A DNA stretch of 64,000 nt from positions 50,964,001-51,028,000 of the forward strand of contig OZ024750.1 of the NCBI GenBank assembly GCA_964016885.1. Direction: 5' to 3'. The stretch comes from Eledone cirrhosa (taxonomy: Eukaryota). The notes below the pieces were generated by a model, which was not told where the DNA came from, did not search any database, and was given only the letters and a program-made list of their open reading frames with translations. Shown here in pieces: positions 1-13,290 of this stretch (the first letter of the stretch is position 1; each line of letters opens with the position of its first letter). The translations under genes and the position numbers were made by a program.

Positions 1-2720
1 AAATGTTGTCCCTAAGACGAAGTATCTCACACATCGCAGTCGTTATGAAATGCAACATAGAGAGCAACTTCACAGGACACCAGGAAGAACTAAAACAAAA
101 GTTAGAGAGACGATTTGGAGACACAATATTTAAAACTTTAAACTCCAAATTACACCAGTTGAAACAACTCACAGCTACAACAGAAAGACTAAAATATAAG
201 TCAACAGCACATAAACGACAAGTGCTAAATAGATTGTTTGCCAGAGATCCTAAATCAGTTTATCGCAGCTTCGGTGGCAAAAGCTCAATCTCTGTAAATG
301 GCACCCCTTCAAAAGAACATGTTGAGAGCTACTGGAGGTCTGTATGGGAAACGAATGACGGATTCAACAGACAAACTAATTGGCTAAAAGAACCGGAACA
401 GGACTACTGCCCACATGTCCAGACAAAACAATATGACATAGATGGGTCAATACTGGAAACAGCTCTACAGAAAATGTCGAATAGGAAATCACCAGGCCCA
501 GACCTCATTACAGGATACTGGTTGAAGAATTTCACTTTCTATCGGCAAGATCTCATACGGCTGTTTACAGAAACCATTAAAGGCACACAAGAACCGCCCA
601 TATGGTTATCAACAGCCTCTACTCACCTCATTCACAAAATAGCCAAACCACCCTTGCTAAAAATTACCGCCTTATAGCCTGCCAAAACATCATGTATAAA
701 TTATATACTGGGTGCCTTAACCTGTTCTTACAGGATCACTGTGCTACCAACAACATCATAACACCTTAGCAAGCTGGTGGAAAGAGGTAGGTGTGGGGTT
801 GCATAGATCACCTACTAACTAATAAAATGATTCAAGAAAAAACAACAAAGAATCGCAGAAACATGACTGTGGTGTGGCTGGACTATCAAAAAGCATTTGA
901 TAGTCTACCTCATGCGTGGATTGTTAAGGCTTTACGCCCCACAACCACTGGTATCTGCTGTTGAACGTCTGACCAAGAACTGGTACACAATTTGATCCTT
1001 AGAGGTGAGAAGGAACAAGTTAAGACTGATAAGATACATTACCAGATGGGCATCTTTCAGGATGATAGCTTGTCAGTGCTACTCTTTGTTCTCTCACTAA
1101 ATCCACTATCTTATCTACTGGGGAAACAAGGTGGACAAAGAAGTGGGTCCAGAAGTATCTCCCATATTTTCTTTGTTGATGACCTGAAGTTGTATGTGCC
1201 AAATATCAATGACATCAAGAAACAATTGGACCTCATTACACAATTTTCAATAGACATCAAAATGAAATTTGGAGAGATGAACGGTCTGACAATACAACCT
1301 CTACAGTCAAGTGACAACTATTGATATCTTGGGCAGGATGAGAATGTCAGATATGATGGACCCATAAATAAGGAGAGAAACAGAACTGAATACCTCAGAA
1401 AAGTAAAGAAAATATGGTCATCAGAACTGACAGCGTACAACAAATACATTGCCCACAATACTTATGCTGTGCCAATTCTAACGCCAACATTTGGCCTGCT
1501 GATCTGGTCATTGCAAGAACTAAGTGAGATGGATGTTAGAACTCGCAAACTTCTCAGTGTTACTGGGAACTTTAACATCAATGGTGACGTGGATAGGCTA
1601 TACTTCTCACGCAAGGAAGGTGGCCGGGGTCTAAAAGCCATATTAACATCATATGAGACCCGGATAGTAACACTGAAGCAACATCTTCAACAGAGGAAAA
1701 AATTTGGCAACCATCTTGCCCAGGTTTATGAGCATGAAAAAAAAAATCATTAGAATAGCGACTGATCTGGAGGAGAGATATGGAATAAGGCCTGATATAA
1801 ATCTTTCACCCAGAGAAATCGGAAGATCATATTCAATGTTCAAACAAGATAAAAAAAATTGACCAATTTACAGAAAAAGTTGTGCAGGGATACTTGAGAC
1901 GTAAAACACAGACCATGGAGGGGATAAACCACTCAAAAAGCCTGGCATGGAGTTCCGACAAGTTTATGACATCACACCTTGAGGGATATCTATATGCAAT
2001 ACAGGAACAAGAACTCTCTACCAAATATCTGCTGCACAATAGGAGAGGGACATCAGCTGACAATAAATCTAGGCTATGTAAAACAAAGATCGAGGATGTA
2101 AGCCACATTGTTGCCAGCTGCGAAAGAATGTCATCTCGCTACTACCTCCCCATGAGACACGATGGGATAGCTAGAACCATCTAGAACGCACATCGGAAAA
2201 CAAAATTAACAACAAACGAGGAAGAATATATTGAGACAGATTGGCACTAAGTAATACTGGTGGAACCTGAAAATAAAAACAGCCACCAAATTAAATCACA
2301 ACCAGCCTGATATTGTTGTTTGGGACCACACATTGAAAACGTGTTCTGTTGTGGAGATCAGCTGCCCATTTGTGTAAACGTTGTCAGGAAAATACAGGAG
2401 AAGGAGGACATCTACGGACCATTGATGAGGAGTTTACAAATCCAGTATCCAAGATACACCTTTAGCTTCATACCCATCATTATTGGAGCTACTGGTTATA
2501 TACCAACCCGCTTGGACCAAAGTAGGACTGAACTTGGATTTGCGGACAAAGAGCGCAGCTCCCTAATTCATAGTCTACACACGGCTGCGATGGCTGGCAC
2601 CCTCAATATTTGCAAAACATTCATGCGATTCAATTGATGACAATTTCATTTCTCTTACAACCTTGCCACCAGGAAGGTGGCCAGTCAAAAAAATATACTC
2701 GAAATTAAGAGAAAGAGATA
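1..2720 (+). mobile_element. R4/Dong-clade (RLE) non-LTR retrotransposon, decayed, 5' part outside window; followed by (CATA)n
   Basis: Broken ORFs 3-2637 carry RT motifs (KSPGPDLITGYWLK, WLDYQKAFDSLPH, GIFQDDSLS, FFVDDLKLY, DRLYFSRKEGGRGL), a degenerate CCHC finger (RLCKTKIEDVSHIVASC), RHD and a PD..D-type RLE region. Several stops and frameshifts. Confidence 0.9.
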
Positions 2721-2721
2721 A

Positions 2722-2906
2722 CATGTATACATACATAAAAACATACATACATACATACATTCATACATACATACAGGCATACATACATACATGCATACAT
2801 ACATATATTTATACATACATACATTCAAACATACATACATACATAAAAACTTACATACATACATACATACATACCTAAAACATACATACATACATGCATA
2901 CATACA

Positions 2907-2940
<34 letters not shown>

Positions 2941-3147
2941 CACACATACATACATATATACATACATACATTCATACATACATTCATACATTCATACATC
3001 CAGACATACATACATTCATACATTTATACATACAAACATACATACATAAATACATACATACATAAAAGCATACATACATTCATAGATACACACACATATA
3101 CATACATACATACATACATACATACATACATACATACATACATACAT
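2722..3147. repeat. Imperfect (CATA)n microsatellite
   Basis: Direct reading; it explains the spurious YIHT/MYVC ORFs. Confidence 0.95.
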
Positions 3148-3695
3148 AATGTCGTTTACAAAGTAATATCCTACTTAAATCATCAGGCATGGAAATATAG
3201 TTCGACATAATCTGGAATCACAGCAACTACAGAGCCACGGCATCTACAGGGAATGCTCACTCAACTGCCATTCCTTTACATTCTTAGTTCTGTCTCACGA
3301 GAGTTAAGGCCACTCAAGAGATGGAAAAATTGAAATATTGCAAATATAATACCCTATAGCATTTGTCGTATGACTTACAAATGGTGGGAAAGGATGAATA
3401 TAAAATATATTGAGAGAATAGCTGAAAGCTTTCATTAGTAATGGAATATGGTAGAAATGTCAGAAGAGATATAGAAAGAAAATGTATGGCTCTGTTATAA
3501 ACATAGGATAGCCTTGACGTGGATGCCCAATTTGCTAGAAATAGTGTCCCAAATAACTATATTCCGGCAATTGTTTTTGGATTTAGTGGAAGTCTTGGTG
3601 GTAATGTTTTATTAATATTAGTTCTAAATAAACATTTAGAACGATTTTATTAGATCATAGCATTCGTATCACAGATGGGCAATCATTATAATATA

Positions 3696-4440
3696 GGTGG
3701 GGGTGGCAGTATTGGTAGAGGGTCGGACGCCATGATTTGACGCATAGAGTTACGGCCCTTGCCATTTTGAGTTCAAATCCCGCCGAGGTTAACTTTGCCT
3801 TTCATCCTTACGGGGTCGATAAAATAAAGTACCAGTAATACACTGGGTAATTGCTGGCCTTGTGCCAAAAGTAGAAACAATTATAATATAGGTGGGGTGG
3901 CAGTATTGGTAGAGGGTCGGACGCCATGATTTGACGCATAGAGTTACGGCCCTTGCCATTTTGAGTTCAAATCCCGCCGAGGTTAACTTTGCCTTTCGTC
4001 CTTACGGGGTCGATAAAATAAAGTACCAGTAATACACTGGTTAATTTGCTAGCCTTGTGCCAAAAGTAGAAACAATTATAATATAGGTGGGGGTGGCAGT
4101 ATTGGTAGAGGGTCGGACGCCATGATTTGACGCATAGAGTTACGGCCCTTGCCATTCTGAGTTCAAATCCCGCCGAGGTTAACTTTGCCTTTCATCCATA
4201 CGGGGTCGATAAAATAAAGTACCAGTAATACACTGGGTAATTTGCTAGCCTTGTGCCAAAATTAGAAACAATTATAATATAGGTGGGGGTGGCAGTATTT
4301 GGTAGAGGGTCGGACGCCATGATTTGGCGCATAGAGTTATGTCCGATGGGCTGAGTTCAAATCCCGCCGAGGTTAACTTTAAAATAAAGTACCAGTAATG
4401 TACTGGGGTAATTGCTGGCTTTGTGCCAGAAGTAGAAACA
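3696..4440 (+). mobile_element. Four head-to-tail copies of a ~185-nt tRNA-derived SINE (family 1), ~195-bp period
   Basis: Units start at ~3696, 3891, 4086 and 4282. Each has an A box (TGGCAGTATTGGTAG), a B box (GAGTTCAAATCCC), the GCCTTTCATCCTTACGGGGTCGATAAAATAAAGTACCAG body (partly deleted in unit 4) and the GGCCTTGTGCCAAAAGTAGAAAC end. Confidence 0.9.
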
Positions 4441-5382
4441 CTTATAATATAGATCATTTGTGTTACAATGTATACCGGACATTATATCCAACACAATGCC
4501 ATCCTACAGATCGTATTATATATTTGTTTGGCCATCCCATGATTCCACACACGAAGATATCATCATGGCATGTTTTTGTAGCTATCACACGTGTAACGTC
4601 TTCCACAATTATTGATAGTTTCCATTGCATTTACAGTATATGGGATTCAGTAGATGTTTGGTTCAATAGATATTTAATAGCTAATTCTTACACATAGTTT
4701 ACTAACCCTTTAGCCTTTGTATTACTCGATATATATTATTGTATTTTCGCGGTAAAGACTTTATTTCACATAATATCTCACATAATATCGAATCTATGAG
4801 ATTTTAATATTATTTATTTCGAGAAAAATACCCTAACATCATTAGGAGTGGTCAGTTATGGCCAGTTTGAACAGAAAGGGGTGAGAGAATTCTGGCCTGA
4901 TACAGGAGGTTTAAATGATGTACGTATATGTATTTATGCATGTATATGTATGGTTAAATCAAGAAAAGCTAGGAATTCCGTCTATGTTGTCATTATTATT
5001 AGGTTACGGGGTCGATAGAATAAAGTACCAGTAATATATTGGTTATTTCTGGCCTTGTGCCATGAGTAGAAACTATTATTATGTTACAGCAGTGTTTATC
5101 TATATCTTTTTGATGGGATATAAAATATATTTCTCCTCGAATGGTTGTATTATTGATGGACATTTATCCAGCTTTTCTGAAGTCCCTGAAACTAATTGCC
5201 TTATATGGAGTTTACTACTGATACGAAAATCGTTGACCTCAGGCTTGAGCATTTGGTTAATACATTTGTATTTACCATTGTTATAGTGCATATCTTTTCT
5301 GAATAATACAATATTTATCGGGTGTATGGCGTGTATTGAACTGACCACAGAGCCTACCAATATCACCCTTTCTAAATGATAA

Positions 5383-5562
5383 TTGTTTCTACTTTAGGCA
5401 CAAGGCCAGCAATTATCCAGTGCATTTCTGGTACTTTATTTTATCGACCCCGTAAGGATGAAAGGCAAAGTCAACCTCGGTGGGTTTGAACTCAGATCGT
5501 AAAGGGACGTAACTATTCTGGAAAGCATGGCGTCCGACCCTCTACCGATACTGCCAATCCAC
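5383..5562 (-). mobile_element. SINE family 1 with target-site duplication
   Basis: Full reverse-complement copy with TTCTAAATGATAAT on both flanks. Confidence 0.88.
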
Positions 5563-6411
5563 CTTTCTAAATGATAATGAAAAAAAATCGTTTTCCTAAC
5601 ATCAGTGAGGCATATATCCTCATTAGTACAGTGAAATACCCATAATGTTAGCACCAGTATTGATACTTGAAACATATTATGTAATATTTTCTGAATGTTA
5701 AACGAAAGCTCCGAACACCATATTTTTGATGTGTAGTGTTATATAAATTTCGTTATTCTATCGTTGTTCACAGCAGGTTTGTGTGATACTTTTTCATCGA
5801 TAACTAATTATCTGTAGCATTCACTGTGTGAAACTGAAGATAATGAGCGTATTGTTATTAATGTATTTCATTCGGTAAGCGATATCCCTGTGCTCACCTA
5901 TCAAGTAGAAACATATCCTTTAGTCATATTTCATCCTTTTATTAGCTGAAAATGTTGCTTTTATGTCCGGCTGTTTCTCAGCATTGCAGATATTTGCAAC
6001 GTAGATTCTTGAGTTTGGCAACAAAGACATTCTGGATTAAATTATTGTGTCCTCGTATTATTGACCCTAGCATATAATATCTAGATTTTGGTAAAAGAAA
6101 TGGCGGTGGCTTATGCTGATAATTTCATAAATAGTTAACGTTTGCAGGACAATTGATTTTTAATACTGTATAGATTGTCATTCCCCTGGTCTGTTGTGCT
6201 GAAATTTTACAGAATCCTTTGAATTAAACAACTATAATCTGCATGAATATCCCCTCCCTCCACTACATACACACCTCACACTATCACTGTAACCTCTTAT
6301 ACGCTAATCTCCAGCACTATCATTTTAACTAATTAAATTTTATATTGTTTTGGGTTCTTGCATGATGTTGATGTTACCTACGACGATGTTCATCTAGTTA
6401 TCCAATAAAGA

Positions 6412-6497
6412 GGGTTGCTCAACGACGCATAGCTCCGTCCGGGAATCGAACTCACAATCAGGGGATTGTAACTTCAACTTTCCAACCACTAAGCACA
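6412..6497 (-). mobile_element. tRNA-derived SINE head (family 2), degenerate
   Basis: Reverse-complement B box (GGAATCGAACTC) and A-box region (AACCACTAAGC). Confidence 0.55.
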
Positions 6498-6581
6498 CAA
6501 TTTTGCGACACGTACAACGATGTATTGTAACTTAAGTCGTCTTGCTAAGATACATAAAATATGAAGGTTTTGGGGGCTATA

Positions 6582-6757
6582 ACTGTTTCTGATTTAGGCA
6601 CAAGGCCGACAATATACGTTACTGGTACGTTATGTTATCGACCCTTTAAGGATGAAAAGCAAAGCTAGCATCGATGGGATTTGAAATCAGAACGCAAAGA
6701 GTCATAACTATACACCGCAAAGTATGTTGTCCGACGCTCTACTAATACTGCCAATCC
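6582..6757 (-). mobile_element. SINE family 1, diverged
   Basis: Reverse-complement match to the 3696 unit. Confidence 0.8.
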
Positions 6758-7612
6758 CTGTTGTTGGTGTTATAATGATTTAGGTTTCAACCCTATCATG
6801 TCGCCATCATAGGTACCCTGTCGAAATCTCTAATAAATCCTCGTACTTTACTTATCGACTCCCTGGTGAAAGGGAACGTTGAATTCGGCAAGATTTGAAT
6901 GCAGAGTGCAGGGATTCGGAATAAATGCGGCAATAACAGCTATGTAAATTCGCTACGATATATATATGTGAGGGAGTGAGAGAGAGAATCTGTGCGTGTG
7001 TGTAATTAAAATTGTAACAAGTTTTAAAGATACCCCATAAAAACCTATCCATATTTTACTATAACTTAATAGTACACAATGGGCACAAAACGTAAATAAT
7101 TGTATTCCACGCGAGAAAAAAATAGCATCGATTCTGTCTGTTATTTCACAAATTGAATTCTCGTATATAAATTATTTTTCCTTTTTTTGTTCTAATAAAT
7201 GCAAATTACTTCTTATTTTATTTGAAGTTTGGACAGAATCGTTGGCTCTTTCTTCTTTTCTTTCGTTTACGGTTTTGTAATGATAATATATTGTGACAGG
7301 TAAAACATAATTTGTTGTTCAAAATCATAAATTGAATTAATGAATGATCATAAAGATATATGCTAAAATGTGTACTCTACTATACAATATCTATATATTT
7401 TTTTTATAGCTGCCAAAACATTATATATGAAAACAATTTGTCGAGAAGTTCAATATCTTCGAAGATAGAAAAATGGGGGTTTCGGCGTAGTAGAGAATAA
7501 CAATGAAAGAAAATAATGTTATTTGGGGAAAATACTTTACAACAAATGTAACAATAGTTGCGAGAGATTTGTATTTGATGGTTAAGAGAGATATTGTGAT
7601 TATAAATATTGC

Positions 7613-9490
7613 TTTAATAAAATAATGAGTAACTACATAAATGAATGACTATAAAATAAAGGGAGGGAAAGGCAGGTGATCTAGAGTCACAGAAGAATGA
7701 GAGGGGTGGGTAGGGAGAAGGGTAGGGAGAGACTCTAGTGTGCGGCGGTATTGGGGCTGCGCACCACGGACAATGGCAAGCGACACCCGCTGCAACAGCC
7801 ACCCCCACCTCACGGGTCTCCTTCCACTGACATGCTGCTGACGTTCAGATCTTGAGGAGGATCTAGGCTGTACTGAGTACGAGTGCACCTCAGGTCTCGA
7901 CGGCAACCGGTGCGACGAGGAAGCGGACGAACAATCCGGGTAAATGTTTGTCTTCCTAGACTTTGCATTGAAGGCTGCGGGTCTGACTTTTGTGGCCAAA
8001 GCGACTAAGTTGGAAAAGAAGAGCGTGTAAGCTGGGTCTTCCGTACGAGAGGTGAGCGAGTGGGTAAAAGTGCGGCTTGTCTGAGACACATCTCAAATAC
8101 GTGACCCCATCTAACACTTTTGAAGGCGTTTGTCATGTCCAGATTCACAAGGAGGTGGGGTGACGAAGAATGCGCGTGCTCTATGAAATGTTTGGCCGTA
8201 TATGCTGCAGCCTCACATCCGCATTTGAGTCCCACTCCAAACTGGAGAGGGTTAGCCGCTGGCACAGGTGGCCTTTGACTAACTTGCAAGCTAGCTTGGC
8301 TGCAAGTCATCGTAAGACATTGCCCATCACGATAGGATGGACTCCTCCGTTATTCTTCCTCAGGACGGTCAGACTGGTTGAGAAAAAAGATCATGAGTAT
8401 GGCAGGGCAAGTTGGCATGGAACGGACAGTTGTTGATGGCTGATAGCGACTGGAGTAATCGGGGCCCTGCCTCTGCAGCGTGAGACCAGCGCGCAGTCCA
8501 TCCACTCCACCACTGCTACTATCTGGGAAGGATCTCATGGCAGATACTAAATCCTCACTAGACGAAGCAGGGGCTAGAAGTTTTTGATGTTGGCTGGGGG
8601 CCATGATGTTTATGGCGAAACGCTGGTTAGACATCCGGTGTGGGACGTAATACAATGCTGCTCGAGGCCAGCCCATGTACCATCGCCGAAACGTCACCCT
8701 CAATTAGTTTGAGGTTGTCTCTGTTTCTGAGACCTTCCGTGCTGTCGGAAGAGGACTGCGGGTGCTGTGTCGGCACTCGTGGGCAGCACGAGAGGGCCGA
8801 TAGTCTTACAGGCGAAGGGTCGCAGAAAGAAACGATATTGCCATTGAATCGCGAAGTCAGGGAGAGGCCTGATCACTCGCCCGCCGTCGGCTCCCTACCA
8901 ACGGGATCCCGAGTATGAGGGTCACAAAACTGAACAGTTTGTTGCAGTCTTGATGGCCCCCAGAGTCAAGCGTTCGGTCGATGGCTCTCCGCGACTGCCC
9001 GAGGCGGGAGATTTCCACCAGAGCCTCGTCTATGTCGAGCAAGTTTTCGTCCTCATTGTTCTGAGCGCACGTGACCACCTGTGGCGTTGAAGTGGATAGT
9101 ATGTAGTGCTTCTTGTTGCGTCGGATGAGTTTGACGCAAGAAAGTTGGAAGAAGCTATTATAGTTGAAGCCATTTCTTCATTTTTTTTTTCGTCTGTGGC
9201 GCGTGGCATATGAGCGGCCCTGATCAACCTCCTGTGCTGTGTAAGACTGGGGAGGGGCGGGCATTTAATTCAGGGGTGTTGGAGGTGGAGGATGTTTCAT
9301 TGAAAATGGTGAAAGTGTGGGGCTGGTTGATAGGTGTGTAGGGGAAAGTAGAAAAGAGATTGTATGGGATGAATGGGATGATTGTAGTGTGCAGAGAGAA
9401 GGGGAGAAAAATGGATGGAATGTGTTTAGGTAAGGTATTCTCATATACATGTTGGGTTTGAAACCAGGGAGAGGAGGCACTTAATGCGTG
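7613..9490 (-). mobile_element. CRE-clade-like RLE non-LTR retrotransposon, decayed and internally deleted
   Basis: Minus-strand peptides SFPDSSSGGVDGLR and PLQFGVGLKCGCEAA...LVNLDMTNAFKSV (early RT), then directly the C-terminal RLE region (AAFNAKSRKTNIY; WLLQRVSLAIVRG). GC-rich island. Confidence 0.75.
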
Positions 9491-9536
9491 TATATTATAT
9501 GATGTATGTTCTAAGAGTTTAAATTGTAAATAATAA

Positions 9537-9682
9537 TGGTTTCTGACTTAGGCACGAGGCCAACAGTACTGAGGAAGGGGAAGGTGATCACATTGACAGT
9601 GCGTTACTGGTACCCTAGCTCATCGACCCTGCAAGGATAAAAGTAAAGCTGACCTCGGCGGGATTGGAACTGAGAACGTAAC
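9537..9682 (-). mobile_element. SINE family 1-related, partial and diverged
   Basis: TTTCTGACTTAGGCACGAGGCC ... ATCGACCC ... GACCTCGGCGGGATTGGAACTGAG. Confidence 0.7.
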
Positions 9683-10578
9683 GAGGCTTATAAATGAATA
9701 AATGAATGAATGAACAAATAAATAAAAATGCGTCTTTGATTCCTGTGAAACTGTAATTCTGGTGTTGAAAATAATGGTGGGTCTGTGACACTTTCCCCTC
9801 CCTTTGATGTGCTCCACTCTCCAAATCAAATGGTTCAATAGTATCGGAGTGAATATGTATCGTAGACATTACCGTGTGTGTCCCGTGTGTCTGCGTTCAA
9901 ATCTTGCTGGGTCCAACTTTGCCTTTCAAGTAGGCGGATTTACTAGAGGACCCGAAACAATGATTAGATACTCTTTTACCTGCCCCAGCCATCCGACTGA
10001 GGCCATGCTGGGGCACCGCCCTTATAAAATAGTAGCTTTCCTCATCCCTGGTGGAATTGGAACCTACGATCTCTGGATTATATGTCCAGCGCGTTATCCC
10101 TTGCGCTACAGGGAGTACCGATATAAAAATAAATTAAATTGGGCATAGCTATTAGTAATGGTCTCGTGATCGGAGGATTGTTTCTGAGCATGCGCGAGAT
10201 TTGAATCCCTATGCAGAATTTGAGGTCAGACAGCAAAGCAGTGGAACAGATAGCTCAAGGCATCTCATCTGTTTCTCTAACAAGTCCCCCGCTCTACACT
10301 GACTCGTACTTTATTCGATCCATCACAAAAGAACAAAATGCAAATATAACTCCGGTGACATTTCAAATCAGAAAGAAGGGCTCTAATATTCCTAGCCCCT
10401 AATGAAATGGGGCAGGTCATCGAATTCTTCTTCAAGAACTTTATGGTGTTGTCAACTTTGCCTTTCATCCTTTCGATGTCGCTAAATAAAGTACCAGTAT
10501 AGCGGTGGGAGAGATTATTTCCCCCTCTCATCTCTCTCACTCACTCACTCTCTCTTTCTCTCTCTCTCTCTCTCTTTT

Positions 10579-10670
<92 letters not shown>

Positions 10671-10674
<4 letters not shown>

Positions 10675-12108
10675 AATATAAATTAGCGAGAATCGTATTT
10701 AGGCTATTGGAAATTAGCGAAAAACAACTTCCGAGATGTGTGGCAAGCGCTCCATAGAATCTAATGAACTAGAGCTCCAGCATAAGTTAAAAGGCCAAAC
10801 ACACTGAGACGATGGTTAAACCATTATCCGCACAGCCATAGAAACGACCAAGTATTCAAACAAATAAAATATGATTGAAAAATTATACCCGGACCCCTGG
10901 GAGGTTGGTAAAATATCCAGCATTTGGGTTTCTGCAACTCCTAAATCAAGTACTGTCCGCTTAGACAAATAATGTTAAGCTTTTGGTAAAATGATTGAAC
11001 AAGTAAGTCACTTTCTCAACAGGCTTTTAGTTCAAGTGCCAAGTCAAGGGCTGACCGTTATCAAAACTCACGTGGGGCTCGACAAGGGGGCAACCCTTAG
11101 TTTTGGCGGATGAATTCAGTATGTGTGTTATTATTGCAAAATTACAAAAAAATCACAAAACAAATTAACTTCTCAACAGGATGGTTTTAAAATTAACAAA
11201 TCTATTCATCAGTCAATAGAATTAACTAAAAACATCAAGAAAATTAACTGGTCAATAGCTAGACTCTGGAGATTAATACAAATATAAATTAGCGAGAATA
11301 GTATTTCGGCTATTGGAAGTTAGCGAAAAACAACTTCCGAGATGTGTGGCAAGCGCTCCATAGAAGCTAATGAACTAGAGTTACAACATAAGTTAAAAAG
11401 CCAAACACACTGAGACGATGGTTAAACCATTATCCGCACAGCCATAGAAACGACCAAGTAATTCGGGTCAAACAAATAAAATATGATTGAAAAATTATAC
11501 CCGGACCCCTGGGAGGTTGGTAAAATATCCAGCATTTGGGTTTCTGCAACTCCTAAATCAAGTACTGTCCGCTTAGACAAATAATGTTAAGCTTTTGGTA
11601 AGATGATTGAACAAGGAAGTCACTTTCTCAACAGGTTTTAGTTCAAGTGCCAAGTGAAGGACTGACCGTTATCAAAACCCACGTGAGGCTCGACAAGCGG
11701 GGAAACCCTTAGTTTTGGCGGATGAATTCAGTATGTGTGTTATTATTGCAAAATTACAAAAAAATCACAAAACGAATTAACTTCTCAACAGAATGGTTTT
11801 AAAATTAACAAATCTATTCATCAGTCAATAGAATTAACTAAAAATATCAAGAAAATTAACTGGTCAGTAGCTAGACTGTGGAAATTGATACAAATATAAA
11901 TTAGCGAGAATCGTATTTCGGCTATTGGAAATTAGAGAAAAACAACTTCCGGGATGTGTGGCAAGCGCTCCATAGAAGCTAATAAACTAGAGCTACAACA
12001 TAAGTTAAAAGGCCAAACACACTGAGACAATGGTTAAACCATTATCCGCACAGCCATAGAAACGACCAAGTAATTTGTGTCAAACAAATAAAATATGTTT
12101 GAAAAATG
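10671..12108. repeat. ~610-bp tandem repeat, ~2.35 units, flanked by (TA)n
   Basis: TACAAATATAAATTAGCGAGAAT recurs at 10671, 11277 and 11889. Diverged relatives lie at ~58180-58570 (+) and ~59400-59670 (-). Confidence 0.9.
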
Positions 12109-12134
12109 ATATATATATATATGAAGGTTGTATG

Positions 12135-13290
12135 CTCCATACAAAGCTTGACCACTAGTTGATGCGTCCGTCATCCATATGAATCATGTGACCTGTACAT
12201 CTTAACTGATTCCTAATAAACATAGCTTGAGTAGAGAGTAGATGTGTCTTTTGCTCTGGCAAGAATCTCAGTGTTCCAGATCATTAAGGGAGGCATTTTT
12301 TGTGAAACTGCTTCAGTGTTTTAACATGCCGTGTGTACAACGTCCATGTCTTGGGTCAATACAAGTACGGAGAGTACAAATGAGACGTATACACCAATCT
12401 TAGTCTCACATTTAATGTGACATTGTGACCAGACTTTAATTTCGCTGTCTTTTATAAACGAGATGATTTCAGTATCCAATTTGCCATCAGCTTGTATCCT
12501 ACTATGTGACAGCTCCCACCTATGTAGGTTTAGCTGGCCTCCTCCAAGATATATCTCGTTGGAGGTGTCTTGGGTAATTTAATGATATGGACCCCCAGTC
12601 CTATCATCTCATTTCTACAGCTGAGTAAACTGGAGCAACGTGAAATAAAGTGTCTTGCTCAAGGAAACAAGGCATCACCCTGTCCGAGAATTGAACTCAC
12701 AACCTTTCGATTGCAAGCCCAATGCTCTAACCACTAATCCAAGGTATTCAAAGGAGGTCACCGTCCTTAGCATTGTGCCCTTGATGTGGTTTCGAAATCC
12801 AGTTCTCTGCTTACCAGGAGCAGATTGTTGCATCCGGTCTTATATCTAATTTTTCTAATTAATTATAAGAGCGAACACATTACAAGCAGCGTCGAAACCA
12901 CTGATCAGGTTTTGCAATCCTTCCTAGGTGTGACTTAGGTCGTAGTCATCTGCATATATGAGAAATACATATTTATATTTCTCAGGAAGAAATTTGCTGG
13001 GCTTCGCAGAATGCCCAAGTCCCGCCGTATGTCATGATGGTGCCTCTTCGAATCCATCAGAAAGTAGAGGCTCTGTATTACAATGTATTGAACTGCTCGT
13101 GTATTTATTCGTTTCGTTACTGAAATCCTGAGTGATATGAAACAAGAACATAAAGTTACATGGAAAGTATTCATAAACAATTGTGATCATTGAGGAATAT
13201 TGCCTTAGCTACTGATGGCATCCTTAGTTACTAATGGCTGCCTCGAAGGCCATAACATCGCGCATTCAGCTAAGATAATTACGAAAGAAT
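12135..13290 (-). pseudogene. RTE-clade LINE reverse transcriptase remnant, interrupted by a SINE
   Basis: Minus-strand translation gives FLIYADDYDLSHT.EGLQNLISGFDAACNVF (~12960), IQADGKLDTEI, KVWSQCHIKCETKIGVY, TWTLYTRHVKTL and NTEILARA. Confidence 0.7.
12590..12742 (-). mobile_element. tRNA-derived SINE family 2
   Basis: Reverse complement reads as A box, B box (GTTCAATTCTC), then CTTGAGCAAGACACTTTATTTCACGTTGCTCCAG. Relatives at ~27342 (+) and ~34030 (-). Confidence 0.75.

Noticed and set aside
2663-3210. ORFs rich in YIHT/MYVC, and all [12 protein letters not shown] and ERER ORFs elsewhere
   Set aside because: Translations of microsatellites with no coding signal.
4702-4915. piggyBac-like MITE (TAACCCTTTAGC...)
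   Set aside because: The right-hand TIR and TTAA site are too degenerate to support.
10040-10110. tRNA gene on the minus strand
   Set aside because: Only degenerate A/B-box similarity and no full cloverleaf; more likely a SINE head, like the other tRNA-like segments.
10211-10402. Possible host exon (63-aa ORF of moderate GC)
   Set aside because: No recognisable domain or supportable splice structure; small host exons cannot be excluded by eye.
11170-11220. Minus-strand CTGATGA in the 610-bp tandem unit as a hammerhead
   Set aside because: No GAAA and no convincing stems I or II in either copy.
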